Origin: an uncultured Planctomycetales bacterium
GTDB lineage: Bacteria > Omnitrophota > Gorgyraeia > Zapsychrales > JANLHA01
Assembly: GCA_964595465.1 (NCBI GenBank)
Contig: CAZQQI010000001.1
Location: 68,952-132,951 of the forward strand
Length of the DNA: 64,000 nucleotides
Reading direction: 5' to 3'
The position numbers and the translations under genes were made by a program. The notes beneath the pieces were generated by a model. It was not told the origin of the DNA and made no database searches. It saw nothing but the letters and a program-made list of their open reading frames with translations. This document shows positions 1 through 9,479 of the stretch, piece by piece. Each line of letters begins with the position of its first letter. The stretch's first letter is position 1.

Positions 1-1399
1 AATCCAGCAAAGCTTGAGCGCGTTTTTTTGTCTTGGCCTCGGCATAGACCCGGACCAGCGGTTCCGTCCCCGAAGGGCGCAGCATGACCCAGCTTTCGTC
101 CTCACATTCCAGCTTGACCCCGTCAAAATCCTTGACCTCAACAACCTTTTTCCCCAGCACCGTTTTAATGGCCCGGAATTTAGAGATATCGGGCTTTTTC
201 TGGCCGATCTTCAGCGCCACGTTGCGCAAGGTATAATAATACCGCCCGAATTCCTGCTCCATCTCCTGAACGATCTGCTTGATATCTTTTTTCTGGTAGA
301 CCATCATCTCCAGAAGCAGTAATCCGGCCAGGGTGCCGTCACGTTCAGGAATATAATCCTGCAGGCCCATCCCTCCGGCCTCCTCTCCGCCGGCAATGAT
401 CTGCTCATTGATCATCAGGTCCGAGATATATTTGAACCCGACAGGAGTTTCGTAAAGCTTCAGCCCCAGCTTGGCAGCGATATTATCGATCATTTTGGTC
501 CCGCAAATCGTTTTGACCACCCCGCCCTTACGGCCGCGGTTGCGCGCCAGATGCAGGATCAGCAAGCCCAGGATCTTCTGCGGATGGATAAACTCTCCTC
601 CCGGGGCAACGGCAGCAATACGGTCGGCATCGCCGTCCAGGACCAATCCCAGATCAAATTTCTCTTTCTTGACCCGCTCAATGATGCCCGGCAGATACTG
701 GACCACCGGTTCGGGCTTTTTGCCGTCAAAATACGGATTGATATCCTCACGCATCAGCGTCAGACGGATCTTGGTGCCCTTCAGAACCTTGGTGATCAGA
801 TCACTCCCGCTGCCGTGCATCACGTCCTGAATGACCTTAAAACGGGAATTCTTGATCTTCTTCAGATCAATATAGCTGCGCATGAATTTTAAATAAGAAG
901 GATTGAAATCATGTTCCATGACCTTCTTTTTCCGGAGGGCCTCAGCCAGGTCCATGCGTTTGACCGCGCGCGCGTTCAGATAGCTCTCAACTTTATTGGT
1001 AATGTCACGGCCGGCCCCGCCGCCCTCCGCGGTCTTGATCTTAATGCCGTTGAACGAATACGGGTTATGACTTGCCGTGATCATGATCCCGCAGACACAA
1101 TTGTTGTCGGGAACCCCGAACGAGAGCGACGGAGTCGGAACCATTTCGGACGCGAGAAGCACCTTGATATGATTTGCAGCCAAAACCTCTGCCACCAGTT
1201 CGGCGAACTCCCGCGACATAAACCGCGCGTCATATCCCACGGCCACTTTTTTCGTGCCGCGCTTTTTCTTGAGATCTTTTTTGATCCATTCCGCGATCGC
1301 CTGAGAAACCAGACGAACATTTTCAAACGTAAAGGTGTCGGCGATCACCGCCCGCCACCCGTCAGTACCGAATTTGATCTCACTTTTTTTCTTTACCAT
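1..1399 (-). CDS. Phosphomannomutase/phosphoglucomutase (alpha-D-phosphohexomutase), 3' end truncated by window edge
   Basis: Manual minus-strand translation from the ATG at 1397-1399 gives MVKKKSEIKFGTDGWRAV...TASHNPYSFNGIKI...GDADR. These match the phosphohexomutase active-site Ser loop and Mg-binding motif. The ORF runs off the window start, so it is missing from the ORF track. Confidence 0.8.
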   Translation of the reverse strand, partial: MVKKKSEIKFGTDGWRAVIADTFTFENVRLVSQAIAEWIKKDLKKKRGTKKVAVGYDARFMSREFAELVAEVLAANHIKVLLASEMVPTPSLSFGVPDNNCVCGIMITASHNPYSFNGIKIKTAEGGGAGRDITNKVESYLNARAVKRMDLAEALRKKKVMEHDFNPSYLKFMRSYIDLKKIKNSRFKVIQDVMHGSGSDLITKVLKGTKIRLTLMREDINPYFDGKKPEPVVQYLPGIIERVKKEKFDLGLVLDGDADRIAAVAPGGEFIHPQKILGLLILHLARNRGRKGGVVKTICGTKMIDNIAAKLGLKLYETPVGFKYISDLMINEQIIAGGEEAGGMGLQDYIPERDGTLAGLLLLEMMVYQKKDIKQIVQEMEQEFGRYYYTLRNVALKIGQKKPDISKFRAIKTVLGKKVVEVKDFDGVKLECEDESWVMLRPSGTEPLVRVYAEAKTKKRAQALLD

Positions 1400-1429
1400 A
1401 CGGATATCCTTTCCTGATCGTTCAGGGCG

Positions 1430-2014
1430 TCATACGTCTCGTTTATGATACAAATCATGATCTTCAATATACCGAAAAACATCTTCCGGCACAAGATACT
1501 TTATGGTTTTTCCTTCTCTTAAACGCCGACGGATATAAGAAGAAGAGATGTCGATCCCGGGCATGGTCACCGAATGATGCGGGATCCCGGGATCGCAATT
1601 ATCATGACCCGGCCGGTTAACCACCACGAAGGAAACGATCTTCAGGATCTCATCGATCTCCCGCCAAGCTTGCAGATGAGTCGCGCTGTCACCCCCGACA
1701 ATAAAAAATAATTTCGCATCCTGCGATAAGGTGTTTTGAAAATGCCGCACCGTATTGATCGTGTAGGACTTTCCTCCCCGGAGCACTTCAAAGTCCGAAA
1801 CAGAAAACTTAGGATCCCCGCCTACAGCCCGGCGGACCATTTCCAAACGGTGATGGGCCGGGGCCAGATAGGTCAAATTTTTATGCGGAGGACGGGACGA
1901 AGGGACAAAGATCACGCGATCCAGAGACATCCTCTCCTGGGCCACCTCAGCGATCGCCAGATGACCGATATGCAGAGGATTAAATGTTCCGCCGAGTATT
2001 CCGATACGCTCCAT
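1430..2014 (-). CDS. nadD: Nicotinate-nucleotide adenylyltransferase
   Basis: GILGGTFNPLHIGH is the (H/T)xGH nucleotidyltransferase motif; the product is about 195 aa. The start was trimmed to MERIGILGG. Confidence 0.85.
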   Translation of the reverse strand: MERIGILGGTFNPLHIGHLAIAEVAQERMSLDRVIFVPSSRPPHKNLTYLAPAHHRLEMVRRAVGGDPKFSVSDFEVLRGGKSYTINTVRHFQNTLSQDAKLFFIVGGDSATHLQAWREIDEILKIVSFVVVNRPGHDNCDPGIPHHSVTMPGIDISSSYIRRRLREGKTIKYLVPEDVFRYIEDHDLYHKRDV

Positions 2015-2061
2015 AACACAATCACCCATCACCCGGTTACCGTCCGGGACACTGATACAGG

Positions 2062-3321
2062 TTATTCCCGGATCTGTCCTTTTCCGCGGACGACATACTT
2101 ATATGTCGTCAGATCATTAAGACCCATAGGCCCGCGGGCATGCAGTTTGTCTGTGCTGATGCCGACCTCTGCTCCGAAACCGAATTCATACCCGTCGGTA
2201 AACCGGGTAGAAGCATTCACATAAAGTGTAGACGAATCAACGGATTTAAAGAACAGCTCCGCTTCGTTTTTATTATCCGTAATAATGGCATCGGAATGAC
2301 CGGAACCGTAACTATTAATATGTTCAACCGCCTCGTCCAGGGAATCGACTACCCGCACCGCCAGGACCAGGTCAAGATATTCCCGGGGCCAGTCGGCCTT
2401 TTTCGCTGCCTTGACTCCTGCCTTTACGATCCTGCGGGTTGCCGGACACCCGCGGACCTCGACTCCGGCTTCCCTGAGATCTTTCACGATCCCCGGCAGG
2501 AAACGGACCGCAGCATCGCGGTGGACCAGCATGGTTTCCATAGCGTTACACACACCGGGGCGCTGAACCTTGGCATTGAGACAGATCTTGTGGGCCTTGT
2601 TCAAATCAGCGTATTCGCTGACATAGGTGTGGCAGACCCCCTTATCATGCTTAACCACCGGTATGCGCGAGTTTTCGGAAACGAAGCGGATCAGGCCTTC
2701 CCCGCCGCGCGGAACGATCAGGTCGACATACTCATTCAGGGTCAGCATTTCATGGACCGCAGCCCGGTCCGTCGACGGGATCAGCTGGATCACGTCCGGT
2801 GAAATATCCGTTTCTTTCAATGCCTTGCGCAAAAGAGAAAAGATCGCACGGTTGGAATGATACGCCTCTTTTCCGCCCTTCAAAATACAAGCGTTGCCGG
2901 ACTTCAGACACAACCCGGCACAGTCACTGGTCACATTCGGCCTGGACTCATAAATAATTCCGATAACCCCGATAGGTGTACGCACTTTACTTATCTTCAA
3001 ACCATTGGGGCGGGTGAAGGCCTCGATCAGACTGTCGACCGGGTCCTTTAATTTGGCCGTATCCCGCAGACATTCCGCCATGCCGCGGATGCGCTTATCC
3101 GTCAATAACAGCCGGTCCAGCAAGGCCTTTGACAATCCGGCCTTTTCTCCGGCCGCCATATCTTTGGCATTCGCGCGGATCAAAAAATTTCTTTCCGCCG
3201 TGATCTGTTTCGCCATCAGGCGCAGGGCCTTGTTCTTTTCAGATGTTTTGCTGACCGCCAGCGAACGGGAGGCCTTCTTTGCCGCCCGGGCCATCAATAG
3301 AATTTTCGATCGTTTTGCCAT
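2062..3321 (-). CDS. proA: Gamma-glutamyl phosphate reductase
   Basis: 419 aa aldehyde-dehydrogenase-like protein with ProA hallmarks (IYESRPNVT, GNACILKGGKEA, catalytic Cys region) immediately downstream of proB. Confidence 0.9.
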   Translation of the reverse strand: MAKRSKILLMARAAKKASRSLAVSKTSEKNKALRLMAKQITAERNFLIRANAKDMAAGEKAGLSKALLDRLLLTDKRIRGMAECLRDTAKLKDPVDSLIEAFTRPNGLKISKVRTPIGVIGIIYESRPNVTSDCAGLCLKSGNACILKGGKEAYHSNRAIFSLLRKALKETDISPDVIQLIPSTDRAAVHEMLTLNEYVDLIVPRGGEGLIRFVSENSRIPVVKHDKGVCHTYVSEYADLNKAHKICLNAKVQRPGVCNAMETMLVHRDAAVRFLPGIVKDLREAGVEVRGCPATRRIVKAGVKAAKKADWPREYLDLVLAVRVVDSLDEAVEHINSYGSGHSDAIITDNKNEAELFFKSVDSSTLYVNASTRFTDGYEFGFGAEVGISTDKLHARGPMGLNDLTTYKYVVRGKGQIRE

Positions 3322-3341
3322 AATTGTCCCCCGCGTACCAC

Positions 3342-3629
3342 GTTTTTACGCGTTTAAAATTTTTGAATCTTTGAAAAAATAAATAGGCATGACGGATACG
3401 GCAATGCTTCCGTGTGCAATTTTGCAGCCGAATGGCTCATGAAGATGGGGAGGGACGCGTTCGCTCAAACACCCTCCCGAACGTTTTTCTAATGAATCGT
3501 TCGGTTCGGAACTCGCTCTGCGCGTCCCTCTTCATCTTTTTTATCACCATTCAAGCAGAAACTCTTTAAATACGAAACATCACATTATCCTTTGTTTTAC
3601 CCACGCAAAAGTTCATAGAGCCGAATTTT
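3342..3629. repeat. Structured intergenic repeat, copy A (about 290 bp), between proB stop and proA start
   Basis: About 88% identical to 28898-29189 by direct reading. It contains nested inverted repeats (GGGAGGG...CCCTCCC, AGGGACGCG...CGCGTCCCT, CCGAACG...CGTTCGG). Its right end coincides with the proB stop codon TTA at 3630-3632. Confidence 0.75.
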
Positions 3630-4718
3630 TTATCGCTTACATAATACCAGATGATCACGGTGGATCACCTCACGCCGCCCTTTACGCTCACGAATTTTAT
3701 GCAGGTCCCCGACGGAATAGGCCGTGATCCCGCGGGCGATCTCCTGGCGTTCCGAGTTGCAGACCACAACCACATCCCCGGCCTTAAAATGCCCTTCCCA
3801 TTCGGTCACCCCCGGAAGAAGAAGGCTCTTCCCGCCTTTTAACAGGGCCTGTTCCGCCCCTTGATCCACGATCAGAACTCCTTTGGGACGCGCACCGAAA
3901 GAGATCCAGTGTTTGCGGGAAAGCAGGGACTCCTCTTTCTCCAAAAATAATGTGCCGATCGGCTCTCCCTTAAGGACCCGCGTCAGAACATCCCGTGATT
4001 CTCCATGAGCGATCACACAGGGCGTACGCGATTCCACCGCCACCTTGATGGCCTCCAGTTTTCCCGGCATCCCTCCACGGGATGTCTGCTTTTGGGGTGT
4101 TCCGAAGGCAAGCGCCTCAATGTCCCGGGTGATCTCGCGGACTTCCTTAAAAAAGATCTTTTTACCGTCTTCGTATTTATACAGGCCTTCCACATCCGAT
4201 AACAGCAGGAGAAGGTCGGCATGGACCGCTCCGGCCACTAAAGCGGACAGCTTATCATTATCCCCAAAACGGATCTCATCAGTGGAAATGGTATCATTCT
4301 CGTTAATGATCGGAACTACGCCGCGCTCGAGCAGGGCATTTAATGTCCTCCGGGCGTTGTTATACCTGCGGCGGTCATCAAAATCTTCCCAGGTCAAAAG
4401 GACCTGCGCACAGCGAGTGCGGGTCTTGCGGAAGATCTCACTGTAGGTTCTCATGAGAACCGTCTGTCCGATCGCGGCCAGGGCCTGCAGGCTGGACAGG
4501 TCTGCCGGACGCCGCTTCAGGCCAAGTTCGCCCATTCCCAAAACAATGGCGCCGGAACTGACAAAGACGACCTCCACCCCGCTGCGCCGGGCGCGGGCCA
4601 TCTGTTCCAGCAGAGAACGCAGACGGGCGGCGCGCGGTTTCAGACGGTAATTAGCGATCACTCCTGATCCGACTTTCACAACAACACGTTTAATTTTTTT
4701 CGGGAACCTCTTGGTCAT
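3630..4718 (-). CDS. proB: Glutamate 5-kinase (with C-terminal PUA domain)
   Basis: 362 aa; N-terminal amino-acid kinase fold (VVKVGSGV...) and PUA-like C-terminus. Its start overlaps the obg stop. Confidence 0.9.
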   Translation of the reverse strand: MTKRFPKKIKRVVVKVGSGVIANYRLKPRAARLRSLLEQMARARRSGVEVVFVSSGAIVLGMGELGLKRRPADLSSLQALAAIGQTVLMRTYSEIFRKTRTRCAQVLLTWEDFDDRRRYNNARRTLNALLERGVVPIINENDTISTDEIRFGDNDKLSALVAGAVHADLLLLLSDVEGLYKYEDGKKIFFKEVREITRDIEALAFGTPQKQTSRGGMPGKLEAIKVAVESRTPCVIAHGESRDVLTRVLKGEPIGTLFLEKEESLLSRKHWISFGARPKGVLIVDQGAEQALLKGGKSLLLPGVTEWEGHFKAGDVVVVCNSERQEIARGITAYSVGDLHKIRERKGRREVIHRDHLVLCKR

Positions 4719-5703
4719 GGTTTGTCACCTGTTGGGATTGATCCAGAAGATCATACAGGGTGTCTACCAAAGCCGGGACATTTTCCGCGGTCTCGGCCGA
4801 TATCTCATAGACATCTTCATTGGGAAAAGATCCGCGGAAACGGCCAATATTTTCCCGGGCCGCCGGCAGGTCCATTTTATTCGCCACGACCAGCCGTGAC
4901 TTGGCCATAAGATCATCACTGTAGGCATTGAGTTCTTCGCTGATCTGACGGTAGTCGTCCAAAGGATCACGGCCTTCACTCCCGGCCATATCGATCATAT
5001 GCACCAGCACACGCGTCCGCTCAGCATGCTTAAGAAAACGATCACCCAACCCGCGGCCTAGATGAGCCCCTTCGATAAGGCCGGGGAGGTCCGCAACAAT
5101 AAATATCTCGCCGTCATCACGCTGAACCACGCCCAGAACAGGCTGACGGGTCGTAAACGGATAGCAGGCGATCCTGGAACGGACTTTGGAGATCTGATTG
5201 ATCAGGGTCGATTTCCCTGCGTTGGGAAACCCGACCAGGCCCACATCCGCGATCAATTTCAGCTGCAGAAAGAGGGTCTTTTCTTCGCCTTGTCCCGGAG
5301 GTGCCGGCGTCTGCCGGTTGTTGTTTCCCAGACCGGCCGAACCTCCACGGGCGACAACCACCCTCTCGCCGGGAGACGTCAGATCACGCAGAACATGACC
5401 GGATGCGGCGTCTTTAACCAATGTCCCGACAGGAACCTTGAGAACACAGTCTTCCCCGCCACGGCCGGTCTTACCCTTACTGCTGCCGTGACCGCCCCGT
5501 TTGGCTTTATAATGCTGTTTGAAGCGGTAATCCAGCAGAGTCTGAATACGGCTGTTGGCTTCAAAGATCACATCCCCGCCCTTGCCGCCGTTCCCGCCAT
5601 CGGGACGCGGATGACGGAAATATTTATTGCGGTAAAAACTTTCACAGCCCTTGCCGCCGTCCCCGGCTTTGACAAAGATCCTGGCTTCGTCCACGAACGC
5701 CAT
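4690..5703 (-). CDS. obg: GTPase Obg/CgtA
   Basis: Obg fold N-terminus (FVDEARIFVKAGDGGKG, glycine-rich). G-domain motifs GFPNAGKST (G1) and DLPG (G3). Start trimmed to MAFVDEA. Confidence 0.9.
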   Translation of the reverse strand: MAFVDEARIFVKAGDGGKGCESFYRNKYFRHPRPDGGNGGKGGDVIFEANSRIQTLLDYRFKQHYKAKRGGHGSSKGKTGRGGEDCVLKVPVGTLVKDAASGHVLRDLTSPGERVVVARGGSAGLGNNNRQTPAPPGQGEEKTLFLQLKLIADVGLVGFPNAGKSTLINQISKVRSRIACYPFTTRQPVLGVVQRDDGEIFIVADLPGLIEGAHLGRGLGDRFLKHAERTRVLVHMIDMAGSEGRDPLDDYRQISEELNAYSDDLMAKSRLVVANKMDLPAARENIGRFRGSFPNEDVYEISAETAENVPALVDTLYDLLDQSQQVTNHDQEVPEKN

Positions 5704-5750
5704 CATCACATCCTGACAAAAACGGCCGGGATTCCCCGGCCGGTCCTGAT

Positions 5751-6068
5751 CTACGTATTGATCTTTTTAATCTTAAGCGCCGTCATCCGGCTGCGGTGAC
5801 CTTTTTTCAAGGCCGAATCCTTACGCCGGCGGTATTTAAAAACCACCAGCTTTTCGCCCATAACATCGTTCACGACTTCCGCCTGAACACTGGCCCCTTT
5901 GACCGCAGGCTGTCCGACCTTGACATCCTTATCGCCGCCGACCAGCAAAACCTGATCCAGGGTCACACTCTTGCCCGGCTCTTCTTTGAAATGATCCACG
6001 GGGATCACATCCCCTTCCGAGACACGGTACTGTTTTGACCCAAGCTGTACTATTGCATACATTTTCAA
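5751..6068 (-). CDS. rplU: 50S ribosomal protein L21
   Basis: About 103 aa; MYAIVQLGSKQYRVSEGDVI is a typical L21 N-terminus and the C-terminus is basic. Confidence 0.9.
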   Translation of the reverse strand: MKMYAIVQLGSKQYRVSEGDVIPVDHFKEEPGKSVTLDQVLLVGGDKDVKVGQPAVKGASVQAEVVNDVMGEKLVVFKYRRRKDSALKKGHRSRMTALKIKKINT

Positions 6069-6188
6069 ACCTCCTTAAAAACCGGCTAAACCACGTTCGT
6101 GCTTATATTCTGCTTAAAAAATTATAGAAAGAGATACTCCATTAAAGCGGATTTTCAGAAAAAGTCAATGGGATTTTCATTTTTCCCC

Positions 6189-7502
6189 TTAAAAACCCTT
6201 GCGGACCTTGCCGCGCCCGCCGCAGTAAGGACAGGTCGTAAATGAGATCGCCTCCAGGGTTTTACCGGTTCTGGCCCGGGTCATCTCCACCAGGCCGAGT
6301 GATGAGATCCGGTTGACTTCGGTTTTGGCGTAATCCTTGGACAATTCCCGTTTGAGCAATTCCAGAACCTTGCGCTTGTTCGATTCGCGGTTCATATCAA
6401 TAAAGTCGATCACGATAATACCGCCGACATCCCGCAGACGGAGCTGACGGGCGATCTCGGGTGCCGCCGCCATATTGACCGCGCAGGCCGCCTCCTCTGG
6501 AGAACCCTTCATCTTGAATTTACCGCTGTTGACATCTACGACCATAACTCCCTCGGTCTGTTCGATCACAATATGAGCGCCGCCTTTTAAATACAGCCGG
6601 GTATCATAAAGCCTTTCCAGCTGGCGGGACACCCCCTTGGATTCAAACAGCGGCTCTTCCCCCTGATAAAGATGTAGGCGGGAGACATGCTGGCGTCCGA
6701 TCAGATTGGCCACAAATTTCTGGATCTTGTTATAATCTTCTTCCGAATCAATAACCAGCCGATCGATGTCGTCGGTCAGATAATCCCGCACAACTTTCCA
6801 AATAAGATCAAATTCTTTATAAATGATCGACGGAGCGGGCTTTTTTTCTGCCAGCTTGACGATCTGCTGCCAGATCCGGTACAGAAATTTGGCGTCACGG
6901 ACCAACTCGCGTTTGTTTTTTCCCAGCGAAGCTGTCCGGACGATAAATCCTCCGGTCTTGGCAAAGGTGCACTCGTCCAGAACCTCCCGTAAACGTTTGC
7001 GTTCTTCAGCATCACCGATCTTTTTTGAGACACCGCTGTGACGGTCATACGGCATGTAGACCACAAAACGTCCGGCCAATGAGATATGGGTGGTCAAACG
7101 CGCGCCTTTGCGGGAAAAGGGATCCTTGACCACCTGAACCAGGATTTCCTGGCCTTCTTTCAGAGGCAGTTCGTCTTTTTTCCTTTTACGGGGAACAGCT
7201 TTTTTCTGAGGCTTCTGGCCCAAAATCTTCTTCAAAAGCCCTTTGGGACCGGCCTCCTCCGCTTCGAATAAATATGGATTATCCGCATCAGTCAAATATA
7301 AAAATCCGTTGCGCTCCCTGCCGATATTGACGAAGGCCCCGTTGATCGACGGCAGGATCGATTCCACCTTGCCTTTGTAGACATTGCCCAGGATCGACTG
7401 CTGCCGGCCGACTTCAATGGAAAAATCTTCCAGAACCCCCCGATCCGTGATGGCAACCCGTGTTTTGTTGACATCCTTACTGATTAAAATTTCTTTAGTC
7501 AC
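6189..7502 (-). CDS. rng: Ribonuclease G/E family endoribonuclease (S1 domain plus RNase E/G catalytic domain, C-terminal Zn-link)
   Basis: 437 aa. Has an S1 domain (GNVYKGKVESILP), a catalytic core (GGIIVIDFIDM) and a C-terminal CPYCGGRGKV Zn-link motif. The size fits RNase G rather than RNase E. Confidence 0.85.
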   Translation of the reverse strand: MTKEILISKDVNKTRVAITDRGVLEDFSIEVGRQQSILGNVYKGKVESILPSINGAFVNIGRERNGFLYLTDADNPYLFEAEEAGPKGLLKKILGQKPQKKAVPRKRKKDELPLKEGQEILVQVVKDPFSRKGARLTTHISLAGRFVVYMPYDRHSGVSKKIGDAEERKRLREVLDECTFAKTGGFIVRTASLGKNKRELVRDAKFLYRIWQQIVKLAEKKPAPSIIYKEFDLIWKVVRDYLTDDIDRLVIDSEEDYNKIQKFVANLIGRQHVSRLHLYQGEEPLFESKGVSRQLERLYDTRLYLKGGAHIVIEQTEGVMVVDVNSGKFKMKGSPEEAACAVNMAAAPEIARQLRLRDVGGIIVIDFIDMNRESNKRKVLELLKRELSKDYAKTEVNRISSLGLVEMTRARTGKTLEAISFTTCPYCGGRGKVRKGF

Positions 7503-7696
7503 TCTGTTCTCCTCATGGATAAATGGGTAAATAAAATATGTTCGTCAAAAAATCTTTTTGACATGCCGGATCGTTCATACACAAAGACATAGCACGTTGT
7601 CTTCTTATGAAAGAATCCGGGCCGCACGCAGCACAGCACGGGACGCTCAAACTGCGTCCCGTGTCTGCTCAAAGCGCGCTGAAAAACGAATCCGGC
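7503..7696 (-). promoter_or_regulatory. Long structured 5' leader of rng with a 10 bp perfect hairpin at 7637-7663
   Basis: 194 nt non-coding gap upstream of rng. Hairpin: CACGGGACGC, loop TCAAACT, GCGTCCCGTG. No T-run follows it on either strand, so it is not a canonical terminator. Confidence 0.35.
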
Positions 7697-9112
7697 TTAT
7701 TCCCCAGCGAGATCAACGACCTCAGCCTGCGCGGATTTTTCAGACGTGATAATATGCGGTGTCAGGAAGATAAGAAGATCGGTTTTGGTCTTGGTATGAC
7801 TTGAATGCTGAAATAATTTTCCCAACAGCGGAATATCTCCCAAAAACGGCACCTTGGAATTGCTTTCGTTGTCATTATCCGAAATTAATCCTCCGATCAC
7901 CAGGGTCTGGCCGTTCTCGATCATGACCGTGGTCGAAGCCTCCCGTGTCGTGAGTTCCGGAACCCTTGTTCCTTCAACTTTCACTCCGGCATCATCAACG
8001 ATCGCCGTGACCTTAGGGGTCAACTCCAGAGTGACCATTCCCGTACTGTTCACGTGCGGAGTCACTTCAAAAACAACACCGATATCTTTATATTCCCATC
8101 CACTGACCTGCATGGTCGCCTGTTCCTCGTTGTACGTATACGTCGGGAACGGGTACTGCCGGCCCACCACGATCCTGGCCGGCTGATTATCCAGCGTAAC
8201 AATACGCGGATTCGAAAGTGTATTCGTGTTCGACCGCGACTCCAGCGCCTGCAGCACGGCGCTTACCGAGTTAAAATCCAGTGTCCCATACGTAACATAG
8301 CTGGTGTCACTGGATGTATTCCCCGGTAAAAAGGAATTGGTATTCGCGGCATCTTTCCGGAACGGCCAGGTCGTATCCCAAACCGCGCCGTTAGCCGAGA
8401 CCTCCAAACTCCAGTCAATGCCCAGCTTCTCTGTATCGCCCAGGGTAGTCTCGATGATCCGGGCTTCGATCATGACCTGCGGCGTGGTCTGGTCCAGATT
8501 ATCGATAACCTCGGCGATCTGCTCAATATTGCTCTGCGTGTCATGGACGATCAAGGCATTGGTGCGCTCATCATAATTGACCCGCCCCCGTTCGCTGACC
8601 ATCTTCTCAACCGATTCGATCACCTTAGCGGCCTTGGCATAATTCAAAAGAAAGGTCCGTGTCATTAACGGCTCCTGCTCAGACAATAGCATAGCCTCAT
8701 CCCGGCGCTTTTTCAAGTTTTCCACAGTTGTCACGGAAATAATGTTGTCGCGCCGGTCGTAGGCGTACCCGTATGTCTCCAGGATCACGTCCAGGGCTTT
8801 GGGCCAGGTCACATCATTCAGCTTGATCGTGACCAATCCGGTCACTTCAGGTCCGGCGACGATATTCACCCCGCTTTTCAGCGAAAGGATACGCAGGACA
8901 TTCTGAATATCCGCCTCATGAAAATCCAGACTGACCCGGTCAGAATCTTCTTTCGGAACTATTTCCGGAACTTCATCAGCAGGCTCTTCTGCCATAACCG
9001 TTTCCGGCTGTGCAGCTTCCTGAACAGGATCCTCCGTCATCTCAGATTGAGCATAGACCGCCGGTGAAAAAACCAGAAAAAAGATCATACCGAATAAATA
9101 GAATTTATTCAT
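7697..9112 (-). CDS. pilQ: Type IV pilus secretin PilQ
   Basis: Signal peptide, N0/secretin domains, and a C-terminal secretin signature (VPFLGDIPLLGKLF...LLIFLTPHII). Start trimmed to MNKFYLFG. Confidence 0.85.
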   Translation of the reverse strand: MNKFYLFGMIFFLVFSPAVYAQSEMTEDPVQEAAQPETVMAEEPADEVPEIVPKEDSDRVSLDFHEADIQNVLRILSLKSGVNIVAGPEVTGLVTIKLNDVTWPKALDVILETYGYAYDRRDNIISVTTVENLKKRRDEAMLLSEQEPLMTRTFLLNYAKAAKVIESVEKMVSERGRVNYDERTNALIVHDTQSNIEQIAEVIDNLDQTTPQVMIEARIIETTLGDTEKLGIDWSLEVSANGAVWDTTWPFRKDAANTNSFLPGNTSSDTSYVTYGTLDFNSVSAVLQALESRSNTNTLSNPRIVTLDNQPARIVVGRQYPFPTYTYNEEQATMQVSGWEYKDIGVVFEVTPHVNSTGMVTLELTPKVTAIVDDAGVKVEGTRVPELTTREASTTVMIENGQTLVIGGLISDNDNESNSKVPFLGDIPLLGKLFQHSSHTKTKTDLLIFLTPHIITSEKSAQAEVVDLAGE

Positions 9113-9113
9113 A

Positions 9114-9473
9114 TCACTCCTCCTTTGGTAAGGTGAGATGAATTGTCTCCTCACCCTTTTTCAGCTGAACCTTGGTATCCGAGATCATTCTGACCTCAAA
9201 AAGACCGATGAGGTCTCCTTTTTTCACGATCATGCCGTTGATAATCGCAATAGCCTCCCCCCGGGCATCTGCCATAATCCCCTGCAGGTTCATATCCGAT
9301 ACCGTCAGGTCATGATCATAGTTCAAAATGGTGCCATTACGGGTGATCAGCGGCCAGAACGGATCCCGCTGTCCGTGGTCATCATACTGATACCCGGCAG
9401 AGACCGGCCCCGCCGTCAAAAATCCGGCAGTAACCGCACACAAAAAAAGACAAAACCGTCTCGGCTTCCGCAT
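9114..9473 (-). CDS. pilP: Pilus assembly lipoprotein PilP-like
   Basis: 119 aa with a signal peptide, a small beta-rich C-terminus, and a position between pilO and pilQ. Confidence 0.6.
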   Translation of the reverse strand: MRKPRRFCLFLCAVTAGFLTAGPVSAGYQYDDHGQRDPFWPLITRNGTILNYDHDLTVSDMNLQGIMADARGEAIAIINGMIVKKGDLIGLFEVRMISDTKVQLKKGEETIHLTLPKEE

Positions 9474-9479
9474 AGGCTG

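Noticed and set aside
7637-7663. Possible third, degenerate copy of the 290 bp repeat in the rng leader
   Set aside because: Only a short GGGACGC/CTCAAAC core is shared. The flanks do not align, so this is insufficient to call a copy.
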